Shown here piece by piece: positions 28,414-42,170 of a DNA stretch of 64,000 nt. The stretch comes from Octopus sinensis. Taxonomy: Eukaryota. The stretch is taken from contig NC_042998.1 of assembly GCF_006345805.1 (NCBI RefSeq), positions 176,328,001 through 176,392,000 on the forward strand. The letters are read 5' to 3'. The notes under the pieces were generated by a model. It was not told where the DNA came from and did not search any database. It was given only the letters and a program-made list of their open reading frames with translations. Position 1 is the stretch's first letter; each line of letters begins with the position of its first letter. A program made the position numbers and the translations under genes.

Positions 28414-29629
28414 ATTATTATTGAATTAAGATAAAAAGTTTTACTCTAAAAAAAAGATATAAGATTAGCTAAACTAATTGCAAGCTAGCGGTGTCGTTGA
28501 TAATTTTTTCCTTACCTCAATGATGCCGGTGACATATTAAAAGTCCCCTTATAGAACAATATTCATAAAATGTATAGAACCATATTATCACCCTCAAATT
28601 TGAGAAACAAACACTCATAGCTTTTTTCTTTTAAAATTTCATTGCATGAGATTGATACTATGAAACTTCTCGAATTGAGCTCTATCATTTAAGCTTTATT
28701 TAAATATAATTTGTTTTTAAATTAAAAAAGGTTAATTATACTTAAATCCAATGTTTTGCCTTATATTTTTTCATGATATTTTAAATCACAACTTTTTTTA
28801 TACAAATTTTTGTTGCATAAAATCAAAAATATGAAATTCCTTATGCTTTCTTCTATCATTGAAGATAAGATAAAAATATTTTGCTTTTAAAATAAATAAA
28901 TGCTATTTAGATCTAAACTTGATTGGGGGCGTTACTTACTCTCCTGTAACGTTGCTACAAATTTTGATACTGGACCAAATCTCAATTTTTTATGCCAAAA
29001 TATAGCTAAGGATCAGACCTCTTCAAAAATGTTAAGTGTTCAATTTGGTTGAGAACTGAATTAGCGACAAAGCTCTGAAAATGCTGCGTGTGAGTAAATT
29101 GCGGCCTCAAGAATATTATTCAACAACTACTGTAGTCGAATGATATACGATGGAAGTGATGGTTCTCTGTCGATTCAAGATGGGGATTCAGTTATTCGTT
29201 CCACTGACAAACCTCGTCATCAATTAATGTGTAATTGACAGAGAAGTCCACATACAGGTGAACGCATATTGGAATTCTCTTGTAAAATCTGCACGATGCT
29301 GTTTGTAACAGGGCCGCACAATCTGAATCCCAAGTACAATCCACCTGACGGGCTTATATGCAGTATCCGTCAACCTAATTTCACTCAAAAGTTATGGACT
29401 GTATACGCTGTGAGATCGAATCTAGTACCTTGATGTTGCAAAGCGAACATTTTATTGTTTTTTTTTACATAATGCGCTTACATTCATATAAGTTTGTCTA
29501 TATGTGTGTGCGAGCGAGTGATTGTGAGTGTATGGACATAACGTGCGTTCATTTGTGTGATCCTGAAGTGAACAACTACAGTTGTAAGATAGTATTTTAT
29601 TCAATCTCTTAGATGCAAAAATTCGATAT

Positions 29630-30245
29630 ATATATATATATATATATATACGCTACCACACACACATATACACACACACACATATACACATACACACACA
29701 CATGCTACCATACACACATACAAACGCACACATACTGACCATTTTCACACTCTCCTTTCGCAGAAAGCAGTTTCTCTTCATTCCTTCTACTTTTGGTCAC
29801 TTCAAAAATGTAACTGCACGTGATTGTTAGCGAATTTTTTTTCTTCCTTCGTCTTGGACTTTCTTGTTTTTCCTGTTTCCGACGAAGAGCTATGCTCGAA
29901 ACGTAAAACTATTACTCTTTTCATTCTCTGTGCGTTTTATTAATACATTGCTTGTGCCACGTCTACACATTCGTTTATTTTTTTCTTTTTCTCTGTGTCT
30001 TTTTGAATTCATTATATATATATATATATATATATATATCTTTTTTAGATTTTATAACTGGTTATTTTGCTATGTGTATATATGTTTTTATATATGTATA
30101 TACATAAACATACGCATAAACAAACACACACATACACACACACATACCAAATGCAAATACCTTATAAGACTGAAGAGCTGCTAAACCATCGTAGTAATGA
30201 TATATCTATGAGTATAATTAAGACTTTACGAACACCAGCATCATT

Positions 30246-30300
<55 letters not shown>

Positions 30301-31072
30301 CACCACCACCACCACCACTACTACTGCTGCTACTACTACTATTGCTGCTGCTACTACCACTATTTTTCTACTACAAATTACTACTGCCACTACTAATACA
30401 CCAAAAGTATCACGAACTATAGCCTGAATAAATACAGCTTCTTGTTATATATATATATAATATATATAATACGCTACCACACACACATATACACATACAC
30501 ACACACACATATACACATACACACACACACATGCTACCATACACACATACAAACGCACACATACTGACCATTTTCACACTCTCCTTTCGCAGAAAGCAGT
30601 TTCTCTTCATTCCTTCTACTTTTGGTCACTTCAAAAATGTAACTGCACGTGATTGTTAGCGAATTTTTTTTCTTCCTTCGTCTTGGACTTTCTTGTTTTT
30701 CCTGTTTCCGATGAAGAGCTATGCTCGAAACGTAAAACTATTACTCTTTTCATTCTCAGTGCGTTTTATTAATACATTGCTTGTGCCACGTCTACACATT
30801 CGTTTATTTTTTTCTTTTTCTCTGTGTCTTTTTGAATTCATTATATATATATATATATATATATATATCTTTTTTAGATTTTATAACTGGTTATTTTGCT
30901 ATGTGTATATATGTTTTTATATATGTATATACATAAACATACGCATAAACAAACACACACATACACACACATACCAAATGCAAATACCTTATAAGACTGA
31001 AGAGCTGCTAAACCATCGTAGTAATGATATATCTATGAGTATAATTAAGACTTTACGAACACCAGCATCATT

Positions 31073-31124
<52 letters not shown>

Positions 31125-31269
31125 CACCACCACCACCACCACTACTACTGCTGCTACTACTACTATTGCTGCTGCTACTACCACTATTTTTCTACTACAA
31201 ATTACTACTGCCACTACTAATACACCAAAAGTATCACGAACTATAGCCTGAATAAATACAGCTTCTTGT

Positions 31270-31280
<11 letters not shown>
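29630..31280 (+). repeat. Tandem duplication of a ~820-830-bp unit, each copy with a hammerhead (29875-29909; 30704-30738)
   Basis: Near-identical ORF-track entries at 29864/30693 (offset 829). Both junctions lie in (TA)n. Confidence 0.92.
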
Positions 31281-31300
<20 letters not shown>

Positions 31301-31371
31301 GTATGTATATATATTATATACATATATGTATGTATGTAGTATGCATGTATGTATGTGCATATATATATGCT

Positions 31372-31444
<73 letters not shown>

Positions 31445-31762
31445 GTATTTATGTATAACAAAATATATGGAAAATACTTGAAATTCATTGATATTCATAA
31501 AGACAAGTACATGTCTAGTTATCAGTAAATGTGCCTCTGGTTGAACGCATGAATGTACATCCGAGTAACATCGGTTATCGATGAATATCAAAAATTGCAT
31601 TTTTTTCAATGTAAATATAGCAATCATAGTACTTGCCAGGAAACACATGCCACTAATTAAAATCTACTTTACCATTCACATGCTAATTAAGGAATTAATA
31701 AGAATTAATTAGATACTAAAAGATGCTCAAAATAAAACATATATTACTGTATCTTTATACTT

Positions 31763-31804
<42 letters not shown>

Positions 31805-31915
31805 TTATTTATTTATTTATATGCATAGAAGCAAATATATAAAACTATATTATTACACAGATCTTTTGTATTATTATGTCAGTATATGCAAATCCAAAAA
31901 TATATATGCGAAGAT

Positions 31916-31963
<48 letters not shown>

Positions 31964-32456
31964 TATCATACACACACACATACACACACACACATATGCA
32001 AAAATAAATATATATCGTGGGTGTTAATGCATTATTGTATGTATCTGTACTAAGTGATATGTACGTACGTATATATGTGTGTATGTATATATATGTTTCC
32101 ATGTATGTATAAATATGCATGCATTTATATATATATATATCTTCATTATAATCATAAAGGCATAAATAAACATATACATGTCAATATAGGCACATACATT
32201 GCCATGTTCAAGTATTTCAATGAAATGTTGTGTGTGTATGTGTGTGTACGTGTTTATCTTTTTATCTGTTTATCTAATTATATTTTTTTTATCTCGATAA
32301 TTGATCTAGCGGTGACACGTTATCTTGGGATTCATGGCATTACATTTAACTCTTTAATTACTGTCGGTGCAATACACCATGGTATATAGATTTCATGTCT
32401 TCCGCTCAGTGTTCGTTGACCGGCTGGCCAGAGGGAGCTCAGAGGATTTAGATGAT

Positions 32457-32600
32457 GAGGTCGACTTTGCCTTTCATCCTTTCGGGGTCGATAAATTAAG
32501 TACCAGTTACGCACTGGGGTCGATGTAATCGACTAAATCCGTTTGTCCGTCCTTATTTGCCCCCTCTATGTTTAGCCCCTTGTGGGTAGTAAAGAAATAG
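32457..32600 (+). mobile_element. 5'-truncated family A SINE abutting a mariner relic
   Basis: GAGGTCGACTTTGCC...GTAGTAAAGAAATAG. Confidence 0.85.
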
Positions 32601-33392
32601 ATACTCTTGCTGTTGAAAAAAGGTTATCATTGTGAGCTCCCCGGTGAACTTGATTTTCCTGGCCTTCTTGGGTCGTATGAGCCAGGGTACTTCCATTGGG
32701 CATTCTGGCTCTTGGTACCTGAATGATAAGAGTAAATCCAACTTTCGTCACAAGTTACTGGACACTCAAATACTATTGAATTAGAAGTAATGAGCTCAAC
32801 CATAACCCTGGTGTCACTGATGCGACTTTCTTTCTGTTCGTTACTGAGTTGTCTGGGAACAAACTTTGCACAAATTTTGTATATGTTCAGATCTTCATAA
32901 AGAATTCTGTGTACAATTGCGACACCAACTCCGAACTGCGTGCTTATTGTCATCCAGCTCTGATATTCAGCTGTCCCTCTCCCTGCCACACCTTTCATCG
33001 TATCTCAACTCCTCTCTACCGTCCTTGAATGTCTTGTACCAGCGAATAAACAGAGGCTCGGCTCATACAAGCGAATCCATAAGCAGTCTGAGACATTTCC
33101 TAAGTTTCCGTAGCGTTCTCGCCCAGTTTAACAAAACTTTATTGCATAGCAAGGTTCTAAATTGTCTTTCTGTCCCGACTGCGTTCTGCAAACCAGTCAG
33201 CTATGGCAAATAGTATTCAATAGGGTGTGTTCTAAGTGCTGTCACAGCCGTTCCTTTCAATATGAAATAAAAGAAAAGTTGGCTGATCAGTTTAGTATAT
33301 GCATAGTAATGATATACAAACATTACAATAATCTAGGATAGTTATAACTGCTTCTCCTAAAAAGGTCTCAAACCTTCTGGAAAGCAGCACGG
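32601..33392 (-). pseudogene. Mariner transposon relic (5' TIR, HTH region and first catalytic D)
   Basis: ORF 32627-32998 contains KICAKFVPRQL (WVPRxL motif) and VTCDESWIYSY. The terminus near 33345-33392 matches the left TIR of the 46591 element. Confidence 0.85.
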
Positions 33393-34364
33393 GAGCTAGT
33401 GGCACATATGACGTCAGCTATGGATACTGTGACTAGATGTCAAACTGCATTTCCCACCGTGTTTCACTGCCTTTCTGCTTGGTGTGGCTCCGAGCCTATA
33501 CCTATCTGCCAATATAGATCTTCACACTAACATGAACTAGTTGCAACGAAGATACCACTAGAATACTGTTCATCTCTCGTAACTGAACGAACAAGGCCAA
33601 CGTACAACAATACCGTTCTGTATTAAAATATTCACTAGCAACTTACTCAACTCTCTTAAAATTTGTTAGCGAAATTCTGGCAGTAGTGTATAATACAACT
33701 GCCGTACAACTCTCTTTAAATAGAAGTCAAAGTTACGACTGTTTTAAATAAAACTGCAACACAACTCTCTTAAAATAAGAAAACATACTTTTCTCTGTAT
33801 ATTGCATGATATTTCTGCACAGAATCCCGCCAAATACATTTTTTTTTTGTTAAAATTGCTTTTTTCTTCCATATAAAAATGTAAAACCCTGCTATATTCT
33901 TTTTTAGTTCGCTCTGTCATGCACAATATTTCTGTCTGTTAAGTATGCTCTATATTTAATATCAAACTTTCGAACTGATATTTGCATAAACGTAATTTCT
34001 ACAAACTATGTATTTTATTGAATTAAATTGATATTTCGTTGGATAAATTCGTCGTTTTGTTTCTGAATTCGTATGTCATTTGATTTATTTTATCTGACAA
34101 TGTTTATACAGGTTATGATGCAACATGCGAGCTTCCTTCCTACATAGTTGGGCTCTTATGGTCGGTCGTCATTCTATTTTAGTTTTGAATCTATCGGAAA
34201 AAAAAATTTTCCGTTTCAATCGAGACGAGAATAGAATTGATGGATTAAACAAAATATTTCTGTTTTATCAATCCAGCTATACTTGGTGCAACTACATATC
34301 TTCATTTCCAATCACCTTACTTCGTTTTCATTTTTCAAACACACACATACACACACACACACAC

Positions 34365-34415
<51 letters not shown>

Positions 34416-34418
<3 letters not shown>

Positions 34419-34715
34419 GACCTGGAAATGGAGGTAACCAGAATGTGGAATCTAAAAACAGAAACAATTCCTATCATAGTAGGTGCATTAGGCATGATAA
34501 AAAAATATTCAGACAAATACATAACAAAGACACCAGGACTTACAAACACATATAACATACAGAAAATTGCACTACTAGGCACTGCACACATCCTACGCAG
34601 AACACTTTCCATACAATAACCACCAGGGCATCACAACAAATCACAGCACATACCCAGGCACACAGAGCTGCGCTCGGTAGTGAAGTGAAAGCACGCTATA
34701 AAAAATAAAACTACT
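34416..34715 (+). mobile_element. 3' end of a restriction-like-endonuclease non-LTR retrotransposon (R4/Dong-like) inserted in (AAT)n
   Basis: KDLEMEVTRMWNLKTETIPIIVGALG...IQKIALLGTAHILRRTL* is the typical C-terminus of RLE-type LINEs. (AAT)n lies on both sides. The clade assignment is from recalled motifs. Confidence 0.72.
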
Positions 34716-34716
34716 A

Positions 34717-34747
<31 letters not shown>

Positions 34748-34748
34748 G

Positions 34749-34954
34749 TCCTTTCTACTATAAGTACACGGCCTCAAATTTTAGGGGAGGGGGATAGTCG
34801 ATTACATCGACCCCAGTACTGAATTGATATTTGATTTATCGACCCCGAAAGATTTGAAAGGCAAAGTCGACCTCGGCGGAACTTGAACTCAGAACATTAA
34901 GACGGATGAAATGCCGCTAAGCATTTTCCCAGCGTGTTAACGATTCTGCTAGCC
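34749..34954 (-). mobile_element. Family-A-related SINE with (ATT)n-associated tail
   Basis: Central GGCAAAGTCGACCTCGGCGGAA block, flanked by (AAT)n. Confidence 0.8.
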
Positions 34955-34988
<34 letters not shown>

Positions 34989-35065
34989 TAATAATAATAA
35001 TAATATAATAATCCTTTCTACTGGAAGCATAAGGCCTCAAATTTTGGGGGACGATTACAATAGTA

Positions 35066-35880
35066 TCATGTCATCCCTTAAGTTTTGTCCGAATTTTTAA
35101 TAAAGAAAACAAGTGGTCAAATGTTATATTTGATTGAAATTTAATCATCAATGTACTTTCCCTGATTATCTATGACTTCCTTCCATCTATTTACAAGCTT
35201 TTTAATCCCATCAATGTAAAACTCAAAGAGAAGAACTCTGAAATGTCAGTTTCGACCTCCTTCTGGCTTGCGAAAGTTATATTCCCCAAATGATTTTGTA
35301 AACTACAAAACAAATGGTAGTCTGAAGGAACAAGGTCAGGAGAATAAGGTGGATGAGGAATTTTTTCCCAACCAAGCTCTTCGATCTTCTGTGATGTGAT
35401 CTTTGCGGTGTGGGGTCGCGCATAGCCCTGATGAAACATCACTCCTTTTCGATTCACTAAAGTGGGTCTTTTTTTCTTCAAAGCTTAGTTCAAACGGTCT
35501 AATTGCTGACAGTAGACTTGAGCATTGATTGTTGCATTAGGTGGTAACAATTCAAAGTGAATTACTCCTTAGCAATCCCACCAGATAGAGAGAACAACCT
35601 TTTTCCCATGAAGTTCCCTTCTCGGTTGTAGTTGAATTTTTTCCCATTTACCAAGCCACTGTTTACGACATTTAACATTTCGATAGAAGATCCATTTTTC
35701 GTCACTAGTCACAAGTCTATCCAAAAAGGGTGAAAGGAGTTCGCGAGAATGGAGAGAAGAGCAGATGTCATCTCGGGATTTGCGGTTGCTTTCGGACAAT
35801 TCAGGAGGTACCCATTTTATGACAATTTGTCTAGAGGAAGCTGCTCTAATTATGGCCTTCCTCACTCCCACTTGATGAAA
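35066..35880 (-). pseudogene. Mariner transposase relic (second family)
   Basis: WVPPELSE, LVTSDEKWIFYRN, KKVVLSIWWD, HQGYARPH, HPPYSPDLVPSDYHLF and LVNRWKEVID, in frameshifted segments. Confidence 0.92.
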
Positions 35881-36390
35881 TCAACACGGTTGATGTTCTG
35901 AAACAATAATAACTGTTATAATACTGGTTCTTAAAAAAAAATATTGCTTTGTGTTTGCGGATTTACAGAGTATAAATAAATATAAATAAAAGCGTTACAT
36001 TAACATCTTTCTTAAACATACTAAACTTTTCTCTGCAGTGTCTTCTGTCAATGGGTTACATGTTAATTTCATACTTATTCACACTCCCTCAAATGTGAAT
36101 GGATAATGCTCAAACATTTTCAACAGCAAACGTTTACTCAAAGACCAGCCGCAATCAACTATTATATTTGTAGTTACAGCAACGGTGAATTAGCAGAATC
36201 GTTGAAGTGTCGGAAAATGCGTTGTAGTATTTGTTCCAACACTAAGTTCAAATCCTACCGAGGTTAACTTTGCTTTTCATTTCTCGATCGATAAAATAAA
36301 CTACCAGTAAATTACTAGGGGCGATGTAGTCGACTAACCTCTTCTCCCAAAATTTCAGGGATTGTGACTGTGTTAGAAATATTCATATGT

Positions 36391-36776
36391 GTGTGGAGGC
36401 GCAATGGCCCAGTGGTTAGGGCAGCGGACTCGCGGTCGTAGGATCGCGGTTTCGATTCCCAGACCGGGCGTTGTGAGTGTTTATTGAGCGAAAACACCTA
36501 AAGCTCCACAAGGCTCCGGCAGGGGGTGGTGGTGATCCCTGCTGTACTCTTTCACCACAACTTTCTCTCACTCTTACTTCCTGTTTCTGTTGTACCTGTA
36601 TTTCAAAGGGCCGGCCTTGTCACTCTCTGTGTCACGCTGAATATCCCCAAGAACTACGTTAAGGGTACACGTGTCTGTGGAGTGCTCAGCCACTTACACG
36701 TTAATTTCACGAGCAGGCTGTTCCGTTGATTCGGATCAACCGGAACCCTCATCGTCGTAACCGACGGAGTGCTTCC
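36391..36776 (+). mobile_element. Family D SINE, full length
   Basis: tRNA-like head GTGGAGGCGCAATGGCCCAGTGGTTAGGGCAGCGG...GGTTTCGATTCCC and tail CGTCGTAACCGACGGA. Confidence 0.9.
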
Positions 36777-37827
36777 ATCCATGTGTGTGTAGCTGCAATA
36801 AAAACAGCAGCAGCATAATCTATATCTTCTGCGAATGATTTATAACTGCTCTTATGAATCTTTGAATTCAATTTCCAGTACTTGTTCCAAGTTTCGTACA
36901 TCTGAAATCCCTACTTCGTTCAATTTACTGCGATCTCCTATCGTCTAACCGGCTAACTCCATCATCTCTCATTGTCACTAAATCAAGTAACCACAACCAC
37001 AACAGCTGGATGTTTCTCAAAACGCGTTGCAGTGATGATTAAATGCCTCCCAATTATATCAGTGAGTTTCATCCTCTGTGAATGACACTTAAGATGTAGA
37101 GCTAAGTGGGCTCCGACTCTATGAACAGAATTGATGTACATAACTAAGAGAATGTTATTGGTAAGCTGCTGACAAATCAGATTGTTACTGATATGTGTGT
37201 AAGTGCATGTGTATACATATATATACATATACATATAGATATATGCAAGTAATACATATATAAAAACACGCATATGCATTCATATACATAACAATAAAAT
37301 ACGTTAAGGACAAACGGTATTGCTACAACGTAATATGATTTTCATAATTATCTCATGTCATAAGTGAATTGACAGCAAGGATAGAGAGCATAAAAGATAG
37401 ATTCTAGAGGTAAATAATATTTCAAGTGGATCTAAACCTATTCGTGAAAGAAAGGTAGTATATATGCTCCTGGTAAATAGTTAAATATTAATTCATCCAG
37501 ACTGATGATTGGATAATCATACAATGTTTCAGCAAATATTTATCGAAGCGACGACATTTGCTTAAGATTTCTGTTCAAACATTTAAAGAGTCCATTCATT
37601 TGTTTAACCTTTTCCCTAAGAACTACTCACTTTTCAGCTGTGCATAAACCGCAATGTTTTGTTATATAGTATCTACAATTCATCGTAGTTCTTGTAAGTG
37701 GGTGCTTGTGAGTGCGTTTGTGTCTTAATGTATATGAATCAGTAATTGTTAGTGAGGATTGAGAAAGGAAGTTTAAAGGAGATTCGGGTACGGAACAACG
37801 TTTCTAAGTAAATCTTTTATTCCATTA

Positions 37828-38212
37828 CTAGCAGTATCACCTGGCGTTGCTCGGGTTTGTAAGGGAAATAACTATAAAGCATTTTTAGAGAGTTATAGCC
37901 AAAACATAGCAAAAAAATGGAAAAAAAATGATGGTAAATTTTTTTTGAGAGTTAAAAGGTCGAGTTGCGTCCCCTAGACAGTCTGTGGTTTGTGTTTCTG
38001 ATTCTCGACCCCATGTCGAATTTATCGATTTTTTTCAGAATTGGGGGAACTTTTCAAAATTTTCGCTGCGTTAGTTTTGAATTATGACATTGGGCTATGT
38101 GTGTATCAAGTTTCATCAGAATCGGTTGAAAGCCGTGGTCAGGGTAAGGGTACAACCTAACAGACACACAGACACACACACACAGACAAACTGCCGTTTA
38201 TATAGAGAGAGA
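37828..38212 (-). mobile_element. Non-autonomous Helitron
   Basis: The minus strand begins TC(TCTCTCTATATAA), has a (CTGT/GT) microsatellite, and ends with a subterminal hairpin-like CCCGAGCAACGCCAGG followed by CTAG. It is inserted exactly between A and T with no TSD. Confidence 0.8.
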
Positions 38213-38339
38213 TGTAATATACAGCTGTATTTAAAAATAGCTCTGGTCAACAAAAAGTTTCCACTTGAGACGAGACTAATTATTATTTTAAATTTCTTCA
38301 AACTCCGCTTTCAGATCGCTGTATATTGATCACCATGCG

Positions 38340-39625
38340 TTATGAATGTATTAATCACCCAGAAATATGTTTGTGCTACTTTTACAAGACGCAATAGCGA
38401 ACTATTGCAATAGATGGTTGAAAAAATACCCGATATACTTTGAAAGAATGCTGGATATCTCAGAGATGATCAAGGCAAGCAGTGGACACCACATCGAATC
38501 TTCTGTGTTCGTTCAAGTGATTGGTTGAGCAAATGGAATGATCAATGACACTTGCAATGAAGAGAAAAAAAGGAGATCTCATTCCCCTTATCACAAGTGA
38601 TGGACTAGTTTAGAAATAATTAGTGATAATGATGCAAATAGTTTAATAGCTACATCTTTTTCAGATCCTAAATACACATCTGTAAAAAAATTTCACCCAA
38701 GATTGTTTACCCGAGAAGGTGCTAAAAACTTCACATTATCTAAGGAATTATTCACAAACATCTTTTATGCTCTTGTAGCATTCGGCTGGCACTTCTTCAT
38801 TAGTTCATCACAAAAAAGCTATAATCAGCACTAATCTAATACCATATGACCTAAATCCTAATTTCAAGCACCTACAATAGATGTAATATAAAGGATATAC
38901 TGCCGGATACTATACAACGCAATATTTTCCAATAGAATCTCCGTGGAGATAAAGTTGTTATACCAAAGGCATGCCAACAAGTTTTACAAAATATTGTTGT
39001 TTCTTATAACCCATGTGGTAGCCATGCTACCATAGACTATATTAAGCGTGAATGTCTACTGAGAACAACATATATCATAGATACAAGCAGTGTCCAATCT
39101 GTACCTTTAGTTGATTCCAAGAAGAGATTTGAACTACTTCTCCCTGTTAAACTCGGTTTAGTGAACAATTTTGTTAAAGCAATAAGTTAAGTCAGCTCAA
39201 GAGGATTTCAGTATTTTTTTTTTTACAAAATTCATAATTGCGAGTGTGGAAAAGTTAAAGGAGTAGGGGAATTATTGTGAGACACCTAAAGAAGGAAAGT
39301 TTTAAAACCTATAGAATTCAAACAGATACTCAATGCACTATAATTACTATAATTAAAAGCTCGGCATTCTTTTAAATGGTTATGCACATACTTTATGGGC
39401 CATAATAAGTACTCTTACACGTACAAGTTTAATAGAAAATCTCTTGATGTTTATAAAGAAATTAACTGTTGCATTTCTTAAATATCCACTTCCTACATTC
39501 CTTTTTAGAGTTCACCTAAGAAAGCAATAAACATGGAAAACGATTCTATCTGACATTTATGTGACTGAAGCATGATGCTAGGGATTTTGGAAGAAAAGCA
39601 TGATGGCTGACTATTATTGAATGTG
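38340..39625 (+). pseudogene. Decayed DNA transposase, Chapaev-type (CMC superfamily)
   Basis: Motifs occur in the expected order: NHPEICLCYF; RGD-KVV; GMPTSFTKYCCFL; PLVDSKK; LLLPVKLGLVNNFVKAI; RGFQYF...EKLKE; KHGKRF; SMMADYY. Many stops and frameshifts. The family name is from recalled consensus motifs. Confidence 0.7.
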
Positions 39626-40002
39626 AAATCGTTACGACATATTCACAACATTTAAAATTTTGAATAATATTCTTCAATCACATGTATATCTAAATAAACA
39701 CGTGATATAAAAAAATGAGATTAACGCTAATTATGTATGTTATGTGTTTCGATTCAAACAAATAGCAAATTGTGCATAAAATAATATTTGGTATACCTTA
39801 ATTGTTGATCAAATTAATAAAAACTGAAACTGCTACGTTTCGAAAACTAGATGTATTTGGGAAAAACTAAAGAAAAATTTTGAATTGACTTCAAAATGCA
39901 TTCATAAAGGTGTATCAATGAAAAAGAAAACCAGGATAATTAGTAACAAAGAACTAGAAACAGCAGATCTTAGGAATGTCTAGAAGAGACAATATCGTTA
40001 TT

Positions 40003-40180
40003 TCTTATATAAAATCCGTTCTGTCTGTCTGTGTGTGTGCGTGTGGCTTATAGGATCTCGGACATCTTCCATCCGATTGCGCTCAAATTTGATATGTAGA
40101 TACCAACGGTATCAGGGCGTGTATAACTCTTGAAAAAATTACAAAAATCGATTCCAGGTGAGAATGCGATCGATAGAGCC
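40003..40180 (+). mobile_element. 5' fragment of a Helitron-like non-autonomous element
   Basis: TCTTATATAAAA, then (CTGT)/(GT), then CCGATTGCGCTCAAATTTG. No 3' end was found. Confidence 0.5.
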
Positions 40181-40262
40181 GCGAAGAATCGTTTTTCTTT
40201 GGAATAGAAAAAAAACCTATCTTTATTTCTTCTTTTGCTGGTGTCTCAAATTTAGGTTAAAT

Positions 40263-40753
40263 CAGTGTTTCTCAAAGGGGAGGCATATGGGACGGTCGGA
40301 CAAGTTGTTTTGAGAAAATTTGGTTTAAATGCTTGACAACTCAGCACTGTCCATTGGACGGAGGGCGTTTTGCTCGTTCTAATATATTTAATATGTAGGC
40401 AAATCAGTTTTAAAATATATGACTTCTATAAGCCGATGAGAAAGCTTCTTTCGCATTGGTTCCACCTGCTGGAAATAGCAGGCAAACTGCTCACAAATAC
40501 CACCTTATCGTTTACTTTTTTTTAAAGGAACTATTAGCTAATATAGTCATTCAACTAATATGCAACCTCTTGTCACCAGATTAGTGTTTCTAACTAGATA
40601 TTTTGCCAGATTTAATGAGATCGAGTCGTAGACTAGCATGGGACTTCTGAATGTGAAGTAAATACCATAAACCTCTTCATGGTGGGGGGGGGGGGCGCAT
40701 CTTCTTTGGAACATCGGTGTGGGGCGTATAACAAAAAAGACTGAGAAACATTG
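40263..40753. mobile_element. Possible hAT-type MITE
   Basis: TIR-like CAGTGTTTCTCA ... TGAGAAACATTG. No 8-bp TSD is recognisable. Confidence 0.4.
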
Positions 40754-41278
40754 CTTCAGACCAATCAGTTTAAGCATTGTTGAAATAACGGACATGATGT
40801 GAATTTACAACATAAAGAACAAAGTTTTGAGTGTAACAAGTGTTACGGTTTTTTTGAGACACAACTGCATGATAGCGAAATTATAAAAGTTGAATCACAA
40901 AACGAAGAGATAAGGAAGAGAGGCAATGACTTGTCGAAACATTGTATTATAGGCTAGACTGTCAAGTGACAATAAGTACAGATAAAGATGGCGGAATGAG
41001 ATTTGATCGTATAAACAAGGGGTAGTGGAAATAAATTATTTTATAGAGTTAGTTTATTCTTCATTTGAAAATATATACTCACGAACATCTGCACTTGTTA
41101 GGAGTTCATAACGCAACAAAACCTTCCTAAATCATTTCATTGATTAAAATTAGAAATACTGTGTTTACTCATTAATTACATTCGTTTGTCGTCTGGCTAA
41201 GATAATACAGTATTTGTTTAAACTTTGTTTCTTTGTTCCTCTTGCGGTGTCCTTTTTTCCTTATTGTATTTACACTCC

Positions 41279-41382
<104 letters not shown>

Positions 41383-41530
41383 GTATGTATATATATATAT
41401 ATACACACACATATATATATATGCAGTATATAGATATATATTGTTAATGCATGTGTGCGTGTGCGAGTGTATGCTGTTTGTGTGCGTGTATGTGTGTGTA
41501 TGTATGTGTGTGTATATATATGTGTGTGTT

Positions 41531-41573
<43 letters not shown>

Positions 41574-42129
41574 TTATGCATTTACCACAACGTACGTTGA
41601 AGCAAATCGATAAAAAGCTAAATATAATTAAATAAGCGGAAATGGGGCCCTCTGAATTTATATACTTATATATCTATTTATGAGTGTGTGCGTGTTTGTG
41701 TGCGCGTGTGTGCGTGTCCACACATATATCCACAAAAGAAGAGAGAGAGAGAGAGAGAGATGGGAGAGTGAGAGAAAGAAAAAGAGAAAATCACTGAAGC
41801 AAATTTAAGATAATTAAATTTAGATGGAATTTTTAATTTTGATAAAACAATATTGATAAAATATATAGTAGTGGATGCATGTATATTTCTTTACATATAT
41901 ATATGTGTGTGTGTGTGTGCGTGTGTGTGTGTATGCGCGTGTGTGTAAATGTATGTATGTATGTATATATATACATGTATATATAACACTATATTATATT
42001 GATATCCTTTTAGATATACATTTATGCGCATGTATATATATTTAACAAATGGCCTGAACAGCGAGATATTCCAATTATTAGCTATTGACTAGGGACCACA
42101 AAAATTTTCATCCTTCCAGAAGCATCACA

Positions 42130-42170
<41 letters not shown>

